From the NCBI GenBank assembly GCA_964604715.1, contig CAZRZR010000020.1:1-13885 (forward strand): 13,885 nucleotides of DNA, written 5' to 3'. Position 1 is the stretch's first letter; the number at the start of each line of letters is the position of its first letter. A program made the translations under genes and the position numbers. A model generated the notes under the pieces. It saw only the letters and a program-made list of their open reading frames with translations. It was not told where the DNA came from and made no database searches. This document shows, in pieces, positions 1 through 5,211 of this stretch. The stretch comes from Candidatus Woesearchaeota archaeon (GTDB lineage Archaea; Nanobdellota; Nanobdellia; Pacearchaeales; GW2011-AR1).

Positions 1-1038
1 GCTTGCCCATGTGCTTTGGGCCTAGCAGTGCCTATTGCTCTAACAGTAGGGTCTGGCGTAGGTGCAAAAAGAGGTATTTTAATACGAAAAGGCGAGGCAA
101 TACAAACAATGAAGGATGTGCAAATAATTGTACTAGACAAAACTGGAACTATAACAAAAGGCGCGCCGGAAGTCATAGAAGTCTATTCGAAAATAAATAA
201 AACACGCGTGCTTGAGATTGCTGCTTCTATAGAAAAATTAAGTGAGCACCCTTTGGCTAAAGCCATTGTTGCTTATGCTAATGTAAGGAGATTCAAAACA
301 GTTAAACAATTTAAAATAATCCGAGGCCGAGGTGTGGAAGGAATAGTTGGAGGCAAGAAAATTATTCTAGGCAACAGGGCTCTGATGAATGAGCGACATG
401 TTAGTCTTAAAGAGTATGGGTCAGTTGCCAACGATTATGAATTACAGGGTAAAACAGTCATGATCTTAGTGGAAAATAACAAGCCAATCGGAGTCATCGC
501 ATTAGCGGATGCGGTGAAAGAAGATTCTCAAGAGGCGATAGCTCAACTAAAGCGAGAAGGGTATCGCATAATAATGATAACTGGAGATAACAAAAGAACT
601 GCAGAGGTAATTGCCGCGCAAGTGGGTATAACTGAAGTAATCTCCGAGGTATTGCCAGAAAATAAAGCAGAAAAAGTGGCTAGTTTGCAGAAAGAAGGTT
701 TTGTTGCGTTTGTTGGAGATGGGGTAAATGATGCGCCAGCACTCAAGCAAGCAAACGTGGGTATTGCAATGGGGTCAGGGACTGATGTTGCAATTGAAGC
801 AGGAGATGTTGTGCTAACACGAAATTCACTAAACGGGGTCGTAGAAACTATTCATCTTTCAAAGGCCACGTTTAGCAAAATTAAGCAGAATTTATTTTGG
901 GCCTTCGCGTATAATGTGGTCGCCATCCCAGTTGCAATCGCAGGATTTTTAAATCCGGTTATTGCCGAAGTGGCAATGGCGCTTTCAAGCATCACAGTTA
1001 TCACCAACGCTAACCTTCTCCGGAGGAAGAAGATATAA
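1..1038 (+). CDS. copA: Cu(I)/heavy-metal translocating P1B-type ATPase, C-terminal ~345 aa (5' end lies outside the window)
   Basis: Frame 1 is open from base 1 and reads A-C-P-C-A-L-G, the CPC transmembrane metal-binding motif. It continues with DKTGTIT (phosphorylation site), SEHPLAKAI (HP motif), MITGDN and GDGVNDAPAL. Stop TAA at 1036-1038. The TTG 'start' at 16 in the ORF track is an internal codon. Confidence 0.95.
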   Translation, partial: ACPCALGLAVPIALTVGSGVGAKRGILIRKGEAIQTMKDVQIIVLDKTGTITKGAPEVIEVYSKINKTRVLEIAASIEKLSEHPLAKAIVAYANVRRFKTVKQFKIIRGRGVEGIVGGKKIILGNRALMNERHVSLKEYGSVANDYELQGKTVMILVENNKPIGVIALADAVKEDSQEAIAQLKREGYRIIMITGDNKRTAEVIAAQVGITEVISEVLPENKAEKVASLQKEGFVAFVGDGVNDAPALKQANVGIAMGSGTDVAIEAGDVVLTRNSLNGVVETIHLSKATFSKIKQNLFWAFAYNVVAIPVAIAGFLNPVIAEVAMALSSITVITNANLLRRKKI

Positions 1039-1059
1039 AGCAGAGCTACAATTAATACT

Positions 1060-1743
1060 ATGGCAGTACGATCTTTTGTTAAGGCGTTAAATGAAAAAGG
1101 CGCAGAAGGAGAGATAATTAAAGCGTTTCTTTATTCATTGGTTACTTCGGCAGTCGTACTAGCTATTTTTTGGTTTGTAAAGTTACGATTTGTTGAAAAT
1201 ATCGTCCCGCGATATGGGTACTATCTTTTCTTTGCAGCATTAAGTTACGCATTTTTGATTCCCGCAGTGCAACATGTTCGTGCCTATAAGCAGTTTAACT
1301 GTATGACTGGGATGATGATTGGCATGACTTTAGGAATGATTGCAGGCTTCTTAGGAGGGCTTTATGTTGGTGCAACCAATGGAATGTTCGTCGGAAGTGT
1401 ATTTGGTATGATTCTCGGAATAGCCGTAGGAACATGGGCTGGATCGTGCTGCGGTATCATGGGGTTTATGGAAGGCATCATGGCAGGATTTATGGGAGGG
1501 TTAATGGGAGCAATGACCGCAGTCATGCTTCTTAACGATCATCTTCATATTGCGATAGCAGTTATATTTGCAATCAGTGCGGTTATTTTAGTCTCCTTGC
1601 ATTATCTAATCTATGGCGAGACGCGCCAACACGATTCTTATAACAAAACACATCCTTTATTCATTATCGCTTTGTCTGCTATTCTTATAATCGCCACAGT
1701 TCTTGTTATGATCTGGGGGCTCAAAAGTGGGCTTTTCATATGA
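1060..1743 (+). CDS. Met/Gly-rich polytopic membrane protein, family not recognised (candidate copper-handling component)
   Basis: ATG start 21 bp after the copA stop; 227 aa with about 6-7 hydrophobic helices by eye. Residues 81-156 hold 14 Met, Cys81 and a Cys130-Cys131 pair, in repeated G-M-x-x-G / M-x-x-x-M spacing. Followed 40 bp later by the CupA-like gene. Confidence 0.8.
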   Translation: MAVRSFVKALNEKGAEGEIIKAFLYSLVTSAVVLAIFWFVKLRFVENIVPRYGYYLFFAALSYAFLIPAVQHVRAYKQFNCMTGMMIGMTLGMIAGFLGGLYVGATNGMFVGSVFGMILGIAVGTWAGSCCGIMGFMEGIMAGFMGGLMGAMTAVMLLNDHLHIAIAVIFAISAVILVSLHYLIYGETRQHDSYNKTHPLFIIALSAILIIATVLVMIWGLKSGLFI

Positions 1744-1783
1744 AAATCGAAAAAGTTAAAAGTTATAATGGGCTAATCTCAAA

Positions 1784-2158
1784 ATGAAACAAACTACCCT
1801 TTTTGTAATAGTTATGGGCGTTATAATTGTGGCGGCCTTAACCATAGTCCTTGGAGCTAAGGGGCCTAACTCGAATGGAGATCTTATTGCTGAGGGAGGA
1901 GCTCAAAAGTTAGTAGTCAGTGCACGAAATGCGCAATATAGCCCACAAACACTTACTGTAAAGGCAGGTCAACCAGTCGAACTCACACTAGACTCTAGCG
2001 TCCAAGGGTGTTTGCGAGATTTTACTATTCGTGAACTTGGAATCCATCAATATCTAGAAACTCCTCAAGATGTATTGCGGTTCACGCCTCAAAAGAAAGG
2101 AACATACAAATTTGCATGCTCAATGGGCATGGCATTTGGAACATTAAAAGTTGAATAA
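1784..2158 (+). CDS. cupA: membrane-anchored cupredoxin-like Cu(I) chaperone, CupA-like
   Basis: 124 aa with an N-terminal TM helix (TLFVIVMGVIIVAALTIVLGA), then a beta-rich cupredoxin-like domain (TLTVKAGQPVELTL...GTYKFACSMGMAFGTLKV). Cys76 plus a C112-S-M114-G-M116 motif (CxMxM). The His ligands of blue copper proteins are missing. Same strand as copA, two genes downstream. Confidence 0.75.
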   Translation: MKQTTLFVIVMGVIIVAALTIVLGAKGPNSNGDLIAEGGAQKLVVSARNAQYSPQTLTVKAGQPVELTLDSSVQGCLRDFTIRELGIHQYLETPQDVLRFTPQKKGTYKFACSMGMAFGTLKVE

Positions 2159-2167
2159 GCTTTTTGG
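2159..2167 (+). terminator. oligo-T tract (GCTTTTTGG) directly after the cupA-like stop; archaeal-type terminator candidate
   Basis: T5 run at 2161-2165, three bases after TAA (2156-2158). The same TAA + T-run + GG arrangement follows the ileS stop on the other strand. Confidence 0.35.
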
Positions 2168-2200
2168 ATGTTCTAAAATAGTCTTTTACAATTCCAACAA

Positions 2201-2210
2201 CATTATTAAC
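2201..2210 (+). promoter_or_regulatory. TATA-like box (CATTATTAAC) for the endonuclease V-like gene
   Basis: Centre about 27 bp upstream of ATG 2233, consistent with a leaderless or near-leaderless archaeal transcript. The region is AT-rich, so specificity is limited. Confidence 0.35.
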
Positions 2211-2216
2211 CAAATG

Positions 2217-2229
2217 AACCTCTCTTGAA
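2217..2229 (+). promoter_or_regulatory. AACCTCTCTTGAA promoter-proximal element, copy 1
   Basis: Lies between the TATA-like box and ATG 2233. Matches copy 2 at 2679-2691 in 12 of 13 positions. Confidence 0.4.
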
Positions 2230-2232
2230 TTA

Positions 2233-2652
2233 ATGGTGCGCATAAACCTCATAGATCCTAAGAAACTTGCAGATCAGCACCTTATAGCCGAGTATAATGA
2301 GGCCTTGATGTTATTGGGATATGTTAAAAAGAATCCTCGACCTACAGGCATTCCGGAATCTTACCGTTTAGGAAAGGGTCATATCAAATTTTTCTCAAAC
2401 AAGCTTAAATATTTAGAGAAGAGGCATGCAGAGTTAAAAAAAGAGATGCTTCTACGTGGATTCTCGCCTAGAAAAACGATCAATTTGAATGAATTCCATA
2501 GGTCTTTGCACAATGATTGGAAGCCCACAAGAAAGGACATTATTCTAATAAAGAAAAGACTGGAAGAAAAAATCCGCAAGAAGCCGGAATGGTATAGGTA
2601 TTATGGTGTAAACAAAGACTTAGACTTCTTTCTTGATTTATTAAAAAAATAA
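2233..2652 (+). CDS. denV: pyrimidine-dimer DNA glycosylase/AP lyase, T4 endonuclease V (DenV) family
   Basis: 139 aa, close to the 138 aa of T4 endoV. Blocks shared with T4 endoV as I remember it: M-x-RINL, LADQHL-x-AEY-x-E (Glu23 conserved), G-x-GH-x-x-FF, KL-x-YL-x-KR, RGF, RL-E-EKI, P-x-WY-R-YYG. Confidence 0.9.
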   Translation: MVRINLIDPKKLADQHLIAEYNEALMLLGYVKKNPRPTGIPESYRLGKGHIKFFSNKLKYLEKRHAELKKEMLLRGFSPRKTINLNEFHRSLHNDWKPTRKDIILIKKRLEEKIRKKPEWYRYYGVNKDLDFFLDLLKK

Positions 2653-2667
2653 AAAAGCCGTGTAGGA

Positions 2668-2675
2668 TTTATAAG
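2668..2675 (+). promoter_or_regulatory. TATA-like box (TTTATAAG) for the 81-aa ORF
   Basis: Centre about 25-26 bp upstream of ATG 2697. Confidence 0.35.
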
Positions 2676-2678
2676 TAG

Positions 2679-2691
2679 AACATCTCTTGAA
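2679..2691 (+). promoter_or_regulatory. AACATCTCTTGAA promoter-proximal element, copy 2
   Basis: Between TATA 2668-2675 and ATG 2697, in the same relative position as copy 1. Confidence 0.4.
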
Positions 2692-2696
2692 AAAAT

Positions 2697-2942
2697 ATGG
2701 TTCGGAACGAAATAGATATAACTGAGTCGCAGTTTGTAATGCATATCGGGCTTTATGCTAGACAAGTAGGCACAGATCGTGTTGCAGGGTGGATAAGGGA
2801 AGGGAGAGAAAATCTAACTAGGGATCTAGGAAGAACACCTTTGCGCGTAGAACTTGTACACGAAATACAAAATACCTACTTCATATATCAACTCAGGAAC
2901 TCATTTTCTACAGCAGAAAATGTCTATGCAAATAACTTCTGA
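2697..2942 (+). CDS. hypothetical 81-aa protein (orphan; coding status uncertain)
   Basis: Only long ORF in an otherwise 271-bp gap, while every other gap in the window is 136 bp or less. It has its own TATA-like box at about -25 and the shared promoter-proximal element. No recognisable motif. Its last 19 nt overlap the convergent tatD 3' end. Confidence 0.4.
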   Translation: MVRNEIDITESQFVMHIGLYARQVGTDRVAGWIREGRENLTRDLGRTPLRVELVHEIQNTYFIYQLRNSFSTAENVYANNF

Positions 2943-3664
2943 TAGTTTTTCTCAATCTGCTTCTCCACGTCCTTTAATTTCATTCCCTTAATCTTAGCAA
3001 TCATCTCGTAACTAACAATTACATTTTTTGGTTCGTTAGGAAATTCTCTATCTGGGTGTAAATATGGCGAATCAGTCTCACAAAATAATTGTTCAATTGG
3101 TGCAAGCTTAACAACGTTCTGAAACTGCTCGCTATTTTTTACAGATGTAGGTATACTAAGACTCCAGCCATTTTCTATTATTCTTTTTACTAATGAAATC
3201 TTGCCACAGAAACAATGCATGATCACTTTCTTTATTTTTGATTGCTCAAGCTGCACAATACATTGTAGCTCTGCCTTCCTTGAGTGCACGATTATTGGCA
3301 CATCCAGTTCTTTAGCGAGATCTATAAAATACTGAAAAACTCTCTGCTGTTTACTCAGTTGTTCCGTATCTTCTTTTAGATCAAGACCGACCTCTCCAAT
3401 TGCAACAATCTTTTTGGCATTCTTTAGAATAAAAACAACTTCATTTTCAATATCTTTTTCCTTCATAGCAAGCGCATCAATAGGGTATAGCCCCAGAGCA
3501 GCCTTGACATCAGTAAAGTCTTCAGCGAGATCAATGGCCGTTCTATTGGAATCTTTATTTACGCCTTGGGTCACCATGACATGAACACCTGCTTTATGCG
3601 CTCGTCCTAGAACATCAGCGATGTCTTCGAGCAAGTTTAAGTGACAATGGACGTCTATGAACAT
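2924..3664 (-). CDS. tatD: TatD-family metal-dependent hydrolase/DNase
   Basis: MFIDVHCHLN, AIGEVGLDL, IIVHSRKA, IMHCFCG and FCETDSPYL, the typical TatD metal-ligand blocks. ATG start, 246 aa. Confidence 0.9.
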   Translation of the reverse strand: MFIDVHCHLNLLEDIADVLGRAHKAGVHVMVTQGVNKDSNRTAIDLAEDFTDVKAALGLYPIDALAMKEKDIENEVVFILKNAKKIVAIGEVGLDLKEDTEQLSKQQRVFQYFIDLAKELDVPIIVHSRKAELQCIVQLEQSKIKKVIMHCFCGKISLVKRIIENGWSLSIPTSVKNSEQFQNVVKLAPIEQLFCETDSPYLHPDREFPNEPKNVIVSYEMIAKIKGMKLKDVEKQIEKNYQKLFA

Positions 3665-3695
3665 CTGATTTAAAGAGAAAATAAGTTTAAGTAAG

Positions 3696-4238
3696 TTACT
3701 TTTTCTTGAACTTGGCGTTGTACATCTTCTGGCCTATCTCTATATCTTTCAGAGCGGCTTCTCTGTTCATAATCTCTAGAACTTTGACATGTTTGCCTTG
3801 TAGCTCTTTATAGCGCTCAAAGAAGTTAACAAGCTCTTTAAGGATATGCTGCGGTACATCTTTAATATCCTTAAATTCGGTATAGCGTGGATCTTTATCA
3901 TAAACTGCAATAACTTTATCGTCTTTTTCGTCTCCATCAATCATTCTAATAACTCCGATAATACGAGCGTTAACAAGAGTAAGGGGATAGACTGGTCTAT
4001 GGGTAATAACAATGATGTCCAACGGATCGTTATCATACCATAGCGTTCTGGGAACAAATCCATAATCTCCAGGATAGTGTGCCGCAGAGTAAAGAAATCT
4101 ATCTAACTTAATCATCCCTGTTTCTTTGTCGAGCTCGTATTTGATGTGTGAATCTTTAGGAATCTCGATAATTGCATGAACTACATTTGGCGAATGTTCG
4201 CCAACATCAACATCGTGCCACGGATTGAACCCCTTCAT
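3696..4238 (-). CDS. ppa: inorganic pyrophosphatase, family I
   Basis: NPWHDV, EIPKDSHIKYELDKETG, YPGDYGFVP and D-N-D-P-L-D-I (PPase signature). 180 aa, typical size. Confidence 0.95.
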   Translation of the reverse strand: MKGFNPWHDVDVGEHSPNVVHAIIEIPKDSHIKYELDKETGMIKLDRFLYSAAHYPGDYGFVPRTLWYDNDPLDIIVITHRPVYPLTLVNARIIGVIRMIDGDEKDDKVIAVYDKDPRYTEFKDIKDVPQHILKELVNFFERYKELQGKHVKVLEIMNREAALKDIEIGQKMYNAKFKKK

Positions 4239-4257
4239 TTTTTGTTTACGAAAAGAT

Positions 4258-4270
4258 GCTTTAAAAAGCT
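4258..4270. promoter_or_regulatory. single near-palindromic TATA box (GCTTTAAAAAGCT) shared by divergent ppa and ogg
   Basis: The TTTAAAAA core at 4260-4267 is centred at 4263.5. That is 25.5 bp from the ppa ATG (4238, minus) and 25.5 bp from the ogg ATG (4289, plus). Purine-rich BRE-like tracts flank it on each strand (GAAAAG on plus, AAAGAGAG on minus). Confidence 0.5.
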
Positions 4271-4284
4271 AACTCTCTTTTGAA
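4271..4284 (+). promoter_or_regulatory. AACTCTCTTTTGAA, looser copy 3 of the promoter-proximal element
   Basis: Same AAC / TCTCTT / GAA blocks between TATA and ATG 4289, with spacing shifted by 1-2 nt. On the minus strand it reads AAAGAGAG, so it could instead be the BRE of ppa. Confidence 0.3.
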
Positions 4285-4288
4285 AACC

Positions 4289-4921
4289 ATGGAAAAATTG
4301 ATTAAAGAAATTAAAAATTTGCCCCTAGACGTGCAAAGCCGCATCGATCAACGACTAAAGGAGTTTTCCTCATTCTCTTTAAAGCCATCAGAAGAATGGT
4401 TCTCCGAACTCTGTTTTTGCATTCTCACTGCAAACGCAAAGGCTAAAACCGCATTAGCTGTTCAAGCAGACCTAGGTGCAAAAGATTTTCTATCTTTACC
4501 TGAAAAGGCACTTGTCAATAAATTATTAGAACATAAACATAGATTCCATAATACAAAGGCCTCTCGTATTGTTGAAGCTCGTAAATATTTTGATGTTAAA
4601 CTAAAAATTCAGTCCATAGTTAAAGAAAAAGATCAGAGTGCTGCTCGAGAATGGCTTGTGAAAAATGTGAAAGGTCTAGGTCTGAAGGAAGCATCGCATT
4701 TTCTTAGAAATACGGGCCACGAAGATGTTGCAATTATAGACAGACATATTATTGCTCTTCTCGGAGAAAACAATCTTATAGATATTCCTAAAACAGTTAC
4801 ACCCAAAGCTTATGCTGAAATAGAGGCATGTTGTAGCAGACTTTCACAAAATCTAAATATCTCTCTTTCTAGACTGGATTTATGCATGTGGTATCTAAAA
4901 ACAGGCCAGGTTCTAAAGTGA
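4289..4921 (+). CDS. ogg: 8-oxoguanine DNA glycosylase/AP lyase, archaeal Ogg2 type (HhH-GPD superfamily)
   Basis: CFCILTANAKAK and VKGLGLKEASHFLRNTGHEDVAIIDRHI (helix-hairpin-helix with catalytic Lys and Asp). About 210 aa, as for Ogg2 enzymes. The ORF track starts at TTG 4280; I prefer ATG 4289 because of the TATA spacing. Confidence 0.85.
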   Translation: MEKLIKEIKNLPLDVQSRIDQRLKEFSSFSLKPSEEWFSELCFCILTANAKAKTALAVQADLGAKDFLSLPEKALVNKLLEHKHRFHNTKASRIVEARKYFDVKLKIQSIVKEKDQSAAREWLVKNVKGLGLKEASHFLRNTGHEDVAIIDRHIIALLGENNLIDIPKTVTPKAYAEIEACCSRLSQNLNISLSRLDLCMWYLKTGQVLK

Positions 4922-5211
4922 ATTTTAATGAACGCTGTTACGCTTTACTAAAGCAAGTTCCAAAAGGAAAAGTGACTACTTACAAAGCTCTTGCACGTGC
5001 GATGGAGTCAAAAGGGTATAGGGCAGTAGGAAATGCAATGAACAAAAACCCTTACGCTCCTCAAGTCCCTTGTCATAGGGTGATTAATGCCAATGGTTCT
5101 TTAGGGGGATTTGCACACGGACTGGGAAAGAAAATAGAAATGCTCAAGTCGGAAGGCGTTATTGTAGAAAACAATAAAGTTGATCTGGCACGTTACGAAT
5201 ATACCTTTTAA
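4882..5211 (+). CDS. ogt: O6-alkylguanine (methylated-DNA-protein-cysteine) S-methyltransferase, single-domain form
   Basis: VPKGKVTTYKALA helix-turn-helix, NKNPYAPQV, and the PCHRVI active site with the acceptor Cys present. Start is ATG 4882 (40-nt overlap with ogg) or GTG 4918 (GTGA overlap with the ogg stop). Confidence 0.9.
   Translation: MHVVSKNRPGSKVNFNERCYALLKQVPKGKVTTYKALARAMESKGYRAVGNAMNKNPYAPQVPCHRVINANGSLGGFAHGLGKKIEMLKSEGVIVENNKVDLARYEYTF

Noticed and set aside
3-750. ORFs 3-200 (+), 543-746 (-) and 547-750 (-) overlapping copA
   Set aside because: They are embedded in or antisense to the CopA frame, which carries unmistakable P-type ATPase motifs. Their sequences have no features.
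1784-2158. Calling the cupredoxin-like protein a type-1 blue copper electron carrier (plastocyanin/azurin-like)
   Set aside because: The C-x(2-4)-H-x(2-4)-M ligand loop is absent; the sequence reads C-S-M-G-M with no His. The upstream ligand position is Cys, not His. The copA context also fits a Cu(I) chaperone better.
2653-2923. Possible tRNA, C/D-box sRNA, RNase P or SRP RNA in the long gap after the denV-like gene
   Set aside because: By eye I saw no T-loop (GGTTCGAATCC-like) with matching stems, no C box (RUGAUGA) paired with a D box, no RNase P CR-I (GAGGAAAGTCC) and no G+C-rich long helices. Only 4-bp hairpins such as TTCG-GAA-CGAA are present. This needs a covariance-model scan to be definitive.
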